64,000 bases of DNA from Negaprion brevirostris. Its lineage: Eukaryota. The stretch spans positions 55,519,447 to 55,583,446 of the forward strand of contig JARDVH010000124.1 in NCBI GenBank assembly GCA_030324005.1, given 5' to 3'. The notes under the pieces were generated by a model. The model did no database searches. It was given only the letters and a program-made list of their open reading frames with translations, and was not told where the DNA came from. Shown here piece by piece: positions 40,330 through 52,590 of this stretch; the stretch's first letter is position 1, and each line of letters begins with the position of its first letter. The translations under genes were made by a program, and so were the position numbers.

Positions 40330-41650
40330 TCCACAGCTTATATCAAAGGATTCGGGCAGGTTCAGAGAGTGGACAAAGAAATGGCAGGTGAAATACAGTG
40401 TGGAAAAAAAGTGAGGTCCTGCACTTTGGAAGAAGGAATGGAGACATAGACTGTTTTCTAAATGGGGAATGCTCAGGAAGTCAGAAACACAAACAAACTT
40501 GAACAGAGAACAAATAACAAGGAACAACTCAGCACGGGAAACAGGGCCTTCGGCCCAACGAGCCCGCGCCACCGTCTTAACATTGTGTTTTTCCTCCTCC
40601 ACCCTTGACCCATGTCTATGCTTATGGTACCACATTGGAAACCAGATTCAGGGGAGTTATTGTTCAAGATTTGCTTAACGTGCAGATTCAGTCGGCAGTT
40701 AGGAACACAAATGTAGTGTCAGCATTCATGTCGCAAGGGCTAAAATACAAGAGACGTGATGTTCTTGTCAGACGGCCCTGGTCAGACCCTATTTGTAGTA
40801 TTGTGAGCAGTTTTGGGCCCCTTATCTAAGGAAGGATGTGCTGGGCTTAGGAAAGGTCCAGAGGAGGTTCACGTGAATGGTCCGAGGAGTTAAGAGTTTG
40901 TCACATGAGGAACTGTTGTGGGTTTGCACTCATCAGAATTTGGAAGGATGAGGAGGCATTCCCTGAGAAACTCCTTTGGATTGCCCCCAATGTTAAGACA
41001 CCCTTTTAAGGTCTGGGACCGAGTCTGTATGTGGAGATGCCAGCGTTGGACTGGGGTAAACACAGTAAGAAATCTGACAACAAACCTGGTGTTGTCAGAC
41101 GTCTTACCGAATCTGTACGCAGTTTTCCAGGTGAGGCCTCAATCACGCCTCCTGCAATTGTGACAAAAGCTCCCAATTTTAAACCCCCAACCCGCTTGCA
41201 ATAAAGCTCAAAATGGTGTTTTCCTCCTTAACTACGTGCTGAAGATCCCTGTTATCTTTTAAGATTCTTGCCCTCAAACCAAAGTCCCGCTGAATTTCAC
41301 TCACCTCCAATTTCTCTCTGTTCAGATAATAATCTGTCCTTTGATTCCTCCTGCCTGACCTCACACTTGCCAAAATGAAACTCCATTTGCCAGGTTTTCG
41401 CCTTGTCAGCTAATCTATCTAAAATCATTTGCAGAATCACAGCTACCCCATCAGAATATGGCCTTGCATCTGTCTTAGCATCATCAGCAAATTTGGTTAC
41501 CTTCCTCAAGGCCATGAATGTAAATTGTGAAACATTGCGGGCCTGCACTAGTTATGTCTTTGCGCTGTGAAAAGGAACTGTTTAACTAAACCTTCTGGTT
41601 TCTATGTAATAGTCAGTTTTCAGTTCACACTAACTCACTTCCTCGAATTC
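40330..41650. mobile_element. CR1 fragments (+ then -) with a Penelope-like fold-back remnant at 41030-41110
   Basis: Paralog of 31860-33200; KFADD motif on the minus strand. Confidence 0.7.
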
Positions 41651-41899
41651 CGTTTCATTTATTTCAGGCACCATCTTTCTGTGAAGTTCCATTTCAAATG
41701 CCCGGATTATAATAACTGAGGTAGACACAGTGTTGTGTTTACTCAGGTAAGCACTAGATTGGAATGATGTAGATAGTTTTGAACCGGGTTTTCTCACACA
41801 AGATCTCGATTGAAATCAAGAGACGATCAAATGACCACCAAATATATTCAGAAACCTGGCCCCTCATCTTTCAGTGATACAGATTCCAGTTTCACCATT

Positions 41900-42895
41900 C
41901 TCTGAGTGCTGGCTCAGATCCAGAGATGCAAATCTGTCCGGACAAATTTTCCATGGCTTGTGACGATTTTAGACTCGCCATCAACTTTAAAAAGGCCAAA
42001 GTCCTGCACCAGCCTGCTCCTCATGCACCGTACACAGAACCCATAATCACAATCAAAGGGCAGGAACTGCAAGCAGTAGACCAGTTCACTTATCCTGGCA
42101 GCATCCTCTCCCAAGCAGTGACTATTGATACAGAATTTAATTGCAGAATAGCAAAGGCAAGTTGTGCTTTTGGTAGACTTCGCTCCACTGGATGGGAGCG
42201 TTGAGAAATCAGCCCAGCAACAAAACTGAAGGTCTACAGCGCCACGGTACTCACTACCCTCCAGGATGCCTGTGAAACGTGGACTGTGTATCGAAGGCAT
42301 GCGAGACAGTTCAATCATTTCCACATGACTTGTCTTCGCAGAATATTACACATCAGATGGCAGGACAAAGTAACAGATCCTGAAGTTCTCTCTGGAGCAA
42401 GTCTACTATCAGTCCAGACACTGCTGATGAGAGCCCAGACCCGGTGGACAGGTCATATCATCCGTATGTCAGACGAGCGCAAACCCAAGTAGCTCCTTTT
42501 TGGGGAACTCTCTGCTGGAAGACGCTCCCATGGAGGGGAGAAGAAACGTTTCAGAGACACACTCAAAGCCTCGCTGAAATCACTGGACATAGACATGGCC
42601 CACCTGGGAAACGCTGGCACAAAACCACCCTACGTGGCGCTGCCTCATCCACAAAGACTGTCAAGCTCACGAAACAAGGTGTATTGCTGAAGCAAAACTT
42701 AAGCACGAACTGCGCAAGTCCAGAACCACCAGTGGAACAACGACAGTGTCTACAGAAGTCTGTCCAGTATGGGCCAGGACATTGCGTGCCGGTATTGGTC
42801 TGATCAGTCATCTTTGGACACACCACAACCAGCCTCAAGATGACTAATGGTGTCAATGCCCTCATCGATGACGGTGGGCGAACAACAACGACAAC
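41900..42895 (+). mobile_element. RTE-clade LINE, 5'-truncated, copy 2
   Basis: Same RT C-terminal motifs; shares the TGA (42202) and has an extra TAG at 42490. Confidence 0.9.
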
Positions 42896-45300
42896 ATTTA
42901 TGTGAGAAAGAACACAGAGAACGATCATGATGTTCATCTGAACTTTGCAGATTGGACCTGCAAACACAATCCAACGAGCCAACTGCAGCAGTGTCGGAGC
43001 ACCGTATCTGATATGTGTTCAAGAAGCAAACGAAAACATCAGGATTTCTTCTACACAAACTCTGTTCTTTATTGTCTCATATGAAGTATATTTTAATGGC
43101 TCCGGGAGAAATGATCTCGCCAACAAGTGATCATGCAATGACATACATTTCACATGTGGAGACACGAGTTCCCACATTGCGTCAATAAACCTTGAGGTAT
43201 GTTGAAAGCCAATAAACACGATGATCCGTGAATGAACAGCAACATTATTTGACAAACCGTACCGAAAAAAACGGTTTGATTTCGACACTCCCTGCTAAGA
43301 AAACATAATGTATTTTTTGTAAAAAGAAAGCCATGCCGACCAATATAAACCAAACGGCTGAAGTAGAACATTACCTTGAGGCAAGCAGAACAACCATTCC
43401 TGAAACGGCGATGCTATCCTCGGCAATACCAGAAAAAAAAAATTATATATGTTTACAATGAAGAACTACCATTTAATCTGAGTGGGAACAAAATATGTTT
43501 TACTCTGGCACCAACACAGATTAATTCCAGAGTTTGGTAGGTGCTGAAGTGCTCACTGAAGGGAGTAAACAGGATTCTTGCAACTCCAAATAATGTTTTT
43601 CTCTGGGTCCACTAAGGCTGATAGCTCTGAGTCCGGGTTCACACTCAGTTACTCTTATGCAACTCAGATTATGTTCATATAATCATATAATCATTTCATG
43701 TCACAGTACAAAGGGGTCATGACAATCTGCCTCACTTGAATTCACAAATGGAAGCGACCTCCCAGAGAAGGGTTGCAAATAGCCAGACACGTAACAACAC
43801 AAAATCAAGGCTGACAGAGCTGGTTTCATCAACACATTCTTAGCACCGGGAACATGCTAGTTTCTGCGAATTAGCAGAATAGTCTCCAGAGACCAGTGGA
43901 ACAATGCCACTACCGTGAGCGATGATCTACACCATATACACGTTACGTATTTTGTTTCTCATATTTCAATATGATGCTCAATGCTTTTTAATGTAGATGA
44001 TGCCCACACAATTGAGAGTACAATTTATTTTCATATCGGCTGCTCAACCTCATTCCGTCCTTCAATCAGATCCTGCGATGCATTGGACTATCTCAATTCT
44101 CCCATTCCAGTCAGGTTTAGAGTGTAGATGAGATCAAATGTGGTCTCTGTTCCATACAGTTTTGCTATTTCTTTCCCCATGATACTGATCTGTATGCACG
44201 ACAGGCGTCCTGACTGATTCGGCCAGACAGTTCGCTGGAAATGTTGTAGTAATCATGGAAACTTTGGGGAAATGGCTCTCTGAGTCTCTCTCGGGCACTT
44301 GGACAGTTTCTTCCCGAATTGACTTGTAACTAAATCACTAATGATGAGGCCAGTTTTCTTTCTGTGTTTGTGCCAATGATTAATCCAAATGGAAATCCAC
44401 TAGAAGAGGTTAGTCAATGCAAATAAATTGGGTTCGGGGTGAAAGACATCAGCACCCTTGAAGCAGAGCTCGAAGCATCTATGGGGAATGTAGCCAATAT
44501 CTTCTAACAACTCGAACACGCGTGCAGGGTAACATGAAACTGGGACTTAAGACCAAACTGCTGTTTAATGACGAGTATATTCCGGACACCAAACACAATG
44601 GCTATGGAAAAGGGGCTACACATAGCGATCTGGAATTTAATTTGGCTTCTGTTCATCTGCTCGCTCGCCATGGGCCTATGCTGATTGAAAATCAATGATA
44701 AATTCAGAACTCTAACAAAGGAAGGACTTGGACTTTGAGTGGGAATTATTATATCGAGACAACTTAGGAGGATGAAGTATGGCCACGGGATGGAAGATTT
44801 TGGTTACATGTGACCTCCTGCCTGGCGAGTCAGCCACAAAAAAAGGCAAACTCGTTAATGCTCCAAACATTTACGAATGCCGAATATACCGATAGAAAGA
44901 GCGAAGTAGTGACACCACGTTTGAGGTGGCGTCCATCATGGCATTTGGCAGTGATTGTAGGACCTTGGGAAAAGGCACCAAAGTCAAATATTAAAACCAG
45001 CCATGTCAATTCACAACGTCAATATCACAGTTTGTGTAGGATCTGCCTCTGAAATACCGGTCCTGACTGACATCAGCAATGGTGCAATAAATTAAGAGTG
45101 TTTAATTAAGCGCATTGCTTCTTCCCTGCATATCATATCTCACAGCTGGAAGGAAGTATTCACGACCGACATATACCAAGTAGACAGGGAAAATTCTCAG
45201 TGACTTCATTGCAGTGTAATATAAGCCTTACATGTGACTAATAGATAAATACCATTCCAATATATTTGTGTTTAGAATGAGGCGCACCATTCCCGCTGAG

Positions 45301-45445
45301 ACATAAGAACTTAAGAACATAAGAAATATGAGCAGGAATCGACCATTTAGCCCTTCGAGCCTGCCCCGCCATTCAATAAGATCATGGCTGATCTGAAGTG
45401 GATCAGTTCCACTTTCCCGCTTTCTCCCCGTCACCTTTCATTCTT
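45301..45445 (-). mobile_element. Short CR1 3'-tail insertion
   Basis: CATAAGAACTTAAGAACATAAGAA…GCCCTTCGAGCCTGCCCCGCCATTCAATAAGATCATGGCTGATCTG; close to the copy at 56649-56790. Confidence 0.75.
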
Positions 45446-46159
45446 CTGTCTTTCAGACACCTAATAAGTCATCATAAGTAGATTAATCTGATATATTTTT
45501 ACTATGTATCTTCCCTTTTCTCCAATGTAACTTATGTTTCCTTTAGTTTTTCTTGATGCACAGCTCCAAATGCTCACTGTTCATCATTTAAGCAATATTG
45601 ATTGATGTCATATGAAAAATGGACCTTCCCCATTCCTCTGATCTTCCCGTTTTATTGTCAAAATCACATTTTCACGGACAGTGCCCGTGAATCTATACAT
45701 TGTAGTTTCCATGACATTTATTTTATGTTGCTCTTGATTGCACATTTTGGCGAAGCCCATACACAGAACATGAACATCTATTTCCCTGCCAGCCATGTCA
45801 GGTACTACAGCAATGACCTGACTAAGTTCATCAAATAATATTCCATTCATATATTTGTGATGATTATCATTTATTACATGTCCTTTACAGACAAAAAGTC
45901 TTGTTGTATTTATTTGTGGCCTCTCGAGCTTCATCAACAACATTTGACCAACAGGCTGAGTTCACAAGTTTCATAACCTTTCATCTTTCCATTGAAAAAA
46001 ACACATCCTTAAAAAAAAAATCTGTATAAATTCACGTTGGCCCAGTTTGCCAGTGAATACAGTATTTCCTGTCTCCTTTCCCTCAGCAATCCGATGTTAT
46101 CGACCACTTGTTTATGATGGTACAAAATAGATTGGAAGGGGATAAACAAACCAGTTTGT

Positions 46160-46425
46160 TCAGCAACTGGAATTAATGCCATTCTCCCTGGAATCCAGCC
46201 GTGCCTCTGGAGAGTCTGTCACGTCTATTAATAGTTCAAAGAATGAGGGATGGTTCAGGGTCTGAGAGCAACAGACTCGCATTTTACAACATCGGGTGAG
46301 GACCTGAGAACAGTCGATTGAATGGTTCAACAGCGGATCAGAATCTGAGAACAACTGATTGGGAAGTGAAACAAAATGGAGGAGAATCTGAATATGACAG
46401 CCTGGAATGTTGCAACATTGGACAG
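46160..46425 (+). mobile_element. Possible 5' end of an RTE-like LINE (endonuclease start)
   Basis: LNMTAWNVATLD resembles the AP-endonuclease N-terminal 'IGTWNVRTL' motif; short and degraded. Confidence 0.35.
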
Positions 46426-46620
46426 ATCTTTATCCGGGGCTCTTTACGCTCTTTTCAGTTTTTACAAAAACATGTCACCTTTATGGCGGCTCGAATGCAT
46501 CCTAAAAGTGATTCAAGCTGGTTACTATCCATTTCTCGCCATCATTGGTGTACCAAGTAAGTAGTTATAAGCATTTATTATTTCTATTAACAATGTTGAA
46601 CTACAGTGTTTGTGTATTTC

Positions 46621-46740
46621 CTGATGATGGATCACCCAGGCTCGGAATGTTGGATCTATTCTCTCCCCACAGATGCTGCCAGGCTTGCTGAGATTTCCCA
46701 GCATTTTCTGTTTCTGTTTCAGATTCCAGAATCCACAGGT
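46621..46740 (+). mobile_element. Penelope-derived short repeat with a hammerhead-like core
   Basis: CTGATGA…CTCGGAA followed by CCACAGATGCTGCCAGGCTTGCTGAGATTTCCCAGCATTTTCTG, a motif I recall as common in chondrichthyans. Confidence 0.45.
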
Positions 46741-47344
46741 TTGCCTTTAACAATATATTGAATTATTGGGTTAGGGGTAGGTTTAGGGTTAGATTTTGGG
46801 AACACTGTATCCATTGTCTTCAGTGATCCTCACAATCTGTGCTTTCACGCCCACTGATTCCAGTCCTGTCGCAGAGCAGGAGCTGAGGTCTCCCCTTTGA
46901 CACTGAACTGAGTTTAAATCCCAGGTCATCTCAATCATTAATTTCGCTTAATAGCATTTTGGTAAAATCAACACTGTATTGTGTATATATAAACACAACG
47001 TGACGTTAAACCCTTTACAAAACGTTCTGCTTCTCTTCCCTGCGGTGAGATAACATTCCCACCTTCACCACTTTGTCCATTTAACTGCATAATTCCTCTT
47101 CCCTGGAATAATTTGAGAGAACGAATATGTACATTCTGCAAAACGTTCAGCTCCTTCAATTTTTTTTTGTATATTCACAAACAGTGCATTCACCCACCGT
47201 CAGAAAGCCTGCCGTAACATCTCTGAAAGTGTGCTGAGGATGCATCACTTTGTCAGAATCTCAGTGCCAATCTGGCATCCAAAATATCTTCCATCCTATT
47301 ATGTGTCCCATGACCATAGCTGTTCATGTCCAACTCTGTAAGAT

Positions 47345-47415
47345 ACAAAGAACAAAGAACACAGAACAACACAGCACGGGAAACAGGCCCTTCGGCCCAA
47401 CGAGCCCGCGCCGCC
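47345..47415 (-). mobile_element. ~70-bp LINE/SINE 3'-tail insertion
   Basis: AAAGAACAAAGAACACAGAACAACACAGCACGGGAAACAGGCCCTTCGGCCCAACGAGCCCGCGCC. Confidence 0.7.
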
Positions 47416-47539
47416 GTCCCATTGTCAGTGACCTATTCANNNNNNNNNNNNNNNNNNNNNNNNNNNNNNNNNNNNNNNNNNNNNNNNNNNNNNNNNNNNN
47501 NNNNNNNNNNNNNNNNNNNNNNNNNNNNNNNNNNNNNNN

Positions 47540-48266
47540 TTTTGATAATTAAAGTTGACCAACTGCCAACCTAAGGAATGTACAAGGTGTGGCATCCATA
47601 GTAGTACGAAATTCGCTGAAATGGCGAACAACAAGATCATGGACTTCCTCCTGTTCTCCATCTCTGGATCGCAGCCATTCCCACAATTCCTCCGAAGACC
47701 CTTGCGCAATCTATTTGATGCCAGAATGTGCCGCACAGTTAAGATATTAAAAACCACAATGAGCACGATTGGTAACAAAGGTGTTAAAATGTTGTCCATG
47801 CACTGGTACACTTTCCAGAAAGGTGAAGTCCAGTAGCTTGATTTTCCAATACAGTACCATGGAACATTGTCAATTACAACAACAGGTCTGTATACGAAAA
47901 ATACAGGGACACTTCTTAAAACGCTCCCCATACAAACCACAGATACAATCACAGTCGTTCCTTTAATGGTACAATACTTCTGTTTAAAATTTTGATAACA
48001 AATTGCAATAAAACGATCAAATGTAAAAGCTGCGGTAAACCAAACAGAACAATCAACAGACACAATAGACAGCACAAGCCTGATAGTACAAACAGGAGTA
48101 ATGAACAAAAAGCTATTAGGCAAAAACATGTGATTAATTCTGTGCATGATCACGTCAGTGATAATCAACATGACATCGGCCACTCCCATGACCGTTAGAT
48201 AGGAAACGATACATTTGGATAGACCACACTTTCCACGAGAAAGAACCACGATGGTCATCAAGTTAA
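47540..48266 (-). CDS. GPR139-like GPCR gene C, exon 2 (TM1-TM6; 3' end lost in the gap)
   Basis: Acceptor TTTAACAG|TT. Motifs GKCGLS, YLTVMGVADV, DCSVWFTAAFTFDRFIAIC, TPLLP, DPEMENRRKSMILLF, FVLLWMP; frame open up to the gap at 47539. Confidence 0.88.
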
Positions 48267-49589
48267 CTGTTAAATGAGAAGAAATATGAGAGTTTGTTTT
48301 TCATTGAATGTTCCTCTGGGGGAAAGGTGTGCGAAAATTACGCATTGATTATTCCTGTTCAATTATGTGTTTATAGTTAACATGTTCTCTGGGTAACGCC
48401 CGCTTTGTGCAGCATGATGCAAACAAAATCTGACATGACAAAGTCGAACAAGCTAAAAGTTAAATTCAAGAGAAACCTTAGAAACGAGAAAGTGACAAAA
48501 TAAAGGGAAACATCGTAGGTTCATAGGCTCAGAAAAAAACTGTAAAATTAACATATATTGAAGTGTAATGTGGCTTAAAGCAAAAGCTTCGCAAACTGGT
48601 GTATCATGAATTGAAACGTGCAGACAAGCGAGTTTGAAGCATGGTCACTGAGAGATTAAGAAAGACACTTCCATAAATAAAAATAATTCATCAGATATAA
48701 TGTCCAACTGACAGGTCTCAAATGAAACATACACAGAAGAAAAAGAAAACTGCAGAGCTCCGGGGGAAACAAGTGGAATCAAAAGAGAAACTGATATTCG
48801 ACAAACTGTATAAAATAAGACAATAATATTCTAGACACTGCTGGAATATTATCGCATTTACAATTAACACGATGGATATCAAAGACAGGTAAACATTTAC
48901 TCTGCTTCGTCTAACAATAATTAAACAATAGTTTTGTGAAGAAAAGGTTTGCACGAAGTTGTGAACAAACAGTACCTCTTTCACTGATTTTTTTTTTAAG
49001 TGTTCTTGCAGTTGTCATGTTTTTAGCTTCACGCTACACATTTTAAAATTTTTGGCCTATTTCAGTATCAATGTTCAAATATTATTGGGATAGAGCAGGG
49101 GCAGAATTAATTATTTCAGATAAAATCCGGCATGCATTTCTGACATGAAGAGAAAATGTTTTTTTTTTTTTTAAATTAGCAACTTGAACACTTTGGGAAA
49201 CGATGTTCTTGTTTCTTCCTTTAACAGTGGATATAAATGTCGTCTAGCATGAAGAGGACATAACTTAAGAAGTCAGTAAATATCTACCGACATAATATGA
49301 CGAACCTGTCAAGTTTGGTTCGAGAGTTTCGACAGCACAATAAAAAAAAACATGGAGTATTCTTCTTGTACGGACAACTGAATAATCAACAGCTATCAAA
49401 AACAAAAACAGGCGATATCATTAAAAATAAATGATCCTTGGAAAACAAAAAGCTGAATTGTATGAATAACCAACTGTAAATTATGAGAATACTGCAGAAA
49501 CATACAATGTGTTATCGTTGCAGATGGGAAAGCAGCGAGAAACAGTCAAACAAATATTTCAAATTCGAAAGCTTAATTCAAAACATTAC

Positions 49590-49659
49590 CCGGAATGCCA
49601 ACGATTGCAAGTACAGGATAGTAAATGCGTTCAATCTGATAAATGACTGGCAGATTCAT
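49590..49659 (-). CDS. GPR139-like GPCR gene C, exon 1 (MNLPVIYQIERIYYPVLAIVGIP plus G)
   Basis: ATG at 49659; 70 nt (23 codons + 1); donor CCGG|GTAATG; joins in frame to 48266. Confidence 0.88.
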
Positions 49660-49740
49660 TGACTGAGAGGAGAACCAAAAACGATGGTGTCATAAGTAAA
49701 GTGCTCACTGAGAGAATACGTTCACTTTCCAGCACACACC

Positions 49741-49775
49741 TTATTTATAACAAGGAAAATCATCAAGGGAATTAG
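49741..49775 (-). promoter_or_regulatory. Proximal promoter of gene C: CTAATT, TTCCCTTGATGATT and TATAAAT
   Basis: Minus strand reads CTAATTCCCTTGATGATTTTCCTTGTTATAAATAA; the TATA is about 85-90 nt from the ATG, as in gene A. Confidence 0.55.
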
Positions 49776-51239
49776 TCAGGGCTTATGCGTGAACAGGTGC
49801 ATTAGATATGGTTAAGGAAACAAACATACAAAGTCAACCACTTGTATTTAGTNNNNNNNNNNNNNNNNNNNNNNNNNNNNNNNNNNNNNNNNNNNNNNNN
49901 NNNNNNNNNNNNNNNNNNNNNNNNNNNNNNNNNNNNNNNNNNNNNNNNNNNNNNNNNNNNNNNNNNNNNNNNNNNNNNNNNNNNNNNNNNNNNNNNNNNN
50001 NNNNNNNNNNNNNNNNNNNNNNNNNNNNNNNNNNNNNNNNNNNNNNNNNNNNNNNNNNNNNNNNNNNNNNNNNNNNNNNNNNNNNNNNNNNNNNNNNNNN
50101 NNNNNNNNNNNNNNNNNNNNNNNNNNNNNNNNNNNNNNNNNNNNNNNNNNNNNNNNNNNNNNNNNNNNNNNNNNNNNNNNNNNNNNNNNNNNNNNNNNNN
50201 NNNNNNNNNNNNNNNNNNNNNNNNNNNNNNNNNNNNNNNNNNNNNNNNNNNNNNNNNNNNNNNNNNNNNNNNNNNNNNNNNNNNNNNNNNNNNNNNNNNN
50301 NNNNNNNNNNNNNNNNNNNNNNNNNNNNNTCAGGGCTTATGCGTGAACAGGTGCATTAGATATGGTTAAGGAAACAAACATACAAAGTCAACCACTTGTA
50401 TTTAGTTCTAGGACACTTGCATTTATCTACACATTGTGCAATTCAATGCACACATTACGATATTTCACAAATGAGAATGGGGGTTATATTAAAATGAACT
50501 TTCAGAGGCTGAAAATGATGTTCAAAATTAGGTTCCCTCAAATTCGAACATGTGGACGAGCTTTTATTTGGATAAAACAGTTTTGGTGTTAATTGTTCAG
50601 AGTGTAAATTTTAATGAAACGCTTCCAGATTGTCATCATAAAAAAATATGGTTGATGAAGTTGAAGGTATCAGCAACGTGCATGTTGAAATGTTTGTGAC
50701 TATGTGAAAATGATAAATGGTGTGCAAGCACATTTGCATCAGCTATTACATTAAATTAGTAGGTGTCTAACACATGGGGGGAGGGGTGGGGTTGGGTGGG
50801 AGGGGGGCGGAACGATGGAGGCATTGGCATCAAATTATTCATCCAAAGGGGATAGGATTATGGTTTGATAAAACTCAAACCTGCAGATGCTTCCTCCATA
50901 ACATTTCGGGGAACGCTGTCACAGTGTTTCTTTAAAAAAAAATCAATATCTATTGGGTAATGTCATTGGATGTCAGGGGGTCAACTGTGGTGCTGATAGT
51001 TTGAGAAAGCATCATAATGATACAACTCATAACATTATATTTGCGGCTATATTGAGCTTTCTTTTTCAGAGACTGACGCTGATGATCAAAATTAGGTGCC
51101 CTCAAATTACAGCATGGGTACAGGTTTGAGTCTGTTATGCACATTTTAATTTGGTGCAGATGTGGATCGCTTAGTTCCTCAACCTCAAACAGGATTACTG
51201 AGTCTATGAATGGATTTTGAACCCCACATTATTACCGAT

Positions 51240-52590
51240 CCGAACAACCTTTCAGTAATTTGGAAATCAAAAATCCATCTCGTTCTGTCATTAAAAACTC
51301 AGAGACACTGCAATGACTGCATCAACTTTGAGAAAGGGTGTTCCAGAAGCTAACGCCCTCATGAGAGAAACAAATTCTCCTCATCTCTGTCATGAATGCG
51401 AACCTTTATTTTTCAAAGTGTCCCAGAGTTCTACATTTTATGAGAGGAGACGTTGTCTCCATATCTACCCTGTCCATAGAGATTAGAATCTTAAGGATAT
51501 TGTTCAAATCCACTTTTACAAATCTAAAATTCAACAGATGCAAAAATAAGCTGTCCACACTTTCGCCAAAAGGACACATTCCTTGGGTCCCTCTCGTGAA
51601 TATTTGTTTAACTGTTTCTAACGCATTTCCATCATCCCTTAAGTAAGGAAACAAAGATTATACACACTACCTCAGATGCAGTCTCAGCAATGTCCTTTCC
51701 AACAGAAGCATGACTTTCCAATTTTTTTTTTTTAAATTCCCCTCACACTAAACGGCAACATCTTATTAGCTTTCTTATTGCTTGATGCACTTGCATACTG
51801 GCCTTTTGTGATTTGTGCACTAGGATGCTCAGATCCCTCTGCTCTCGAAACTCCGATTTTTTTTTCACTACTTGGATCATAAGGTACTTTCATTCTCCTG
51901 TCAAATGTCCAATTTTACAATTGCCCGCATTATACATCACTTCCCTGACATGTTTCACACTCATTTTATCTATTTATGTAAGTTGTCGCCCCCTTACGTC
52001 TTGTTGACAACTCACTTTCACTCTTAAGAAAACTCATTTATGCCATCTCTTTGTTTGCTGTTAGGTAGAAAATCCTCAGTTCGTCTTATTATGTTGCTCC
52101 ACGATGCAAACAGCTTCCATTTTGTACAATAATCTTTGATTTGGTACTTTATAAAAATGGCATCTGGGTATCTAAGTACATTACCGCCACTGGGTATACA
52201 CAGGACACGTGATGCCTTTCAGTAAATCGAACAAATTCATTCAGGAGAATAANNNNNNNNNNNNNNNNNNNNNNNNNNNNNNNNNNNNNNNNNNNNNNNN
52301 NNNNNNNNNNNNNNNNNNNNNNNNNNNNNNNNNNNNNNNNNNNNNNNNNNNNTCTCTGTGGCAAAGAGTTCCAAAGATTCACAACATGTTGAGAGAAGAA
52401 AAAACACTTCAAATTTCACTCTCAAGTTGCTTCCCTTTCATCTCATTCTGCGCAGTCTGGTGCTAGAATCTCTAATGTGTGGGTAGGTGAGGGGAAGGGG
52501 TAGCAACATCCTCTTAGCATTTATCCTGCCGATCCCCAGAACAATCCTATGTTTCAGTGAGATAACCTCTTATTCTATCGAATACCAATG
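51240..52590 (-). mobile_element. Degraded CR1-type LINE(s)
   Basis: Minus-strand FPYLRDDGNALETV, FFSQHVVNLWNSLPQ and VAVMYLD remnants. Confidence 0.7.

Larger units (their letters stand above)
35041..43410 (+). repeat. Second copy of the 8-kb unit (paralog of 26893-34940)
   Basis: Same order of TG repeat, GA tract, unknown frame, CR1 and RTE, plus one extra SINE. Confidence 0.9.

Noticed and set aside
44504-44695. AIVFGVR resembling Gypsy RNase H
   Set aside because: A seven-residue resemblance only, with no flanking RT or integrase motifs.
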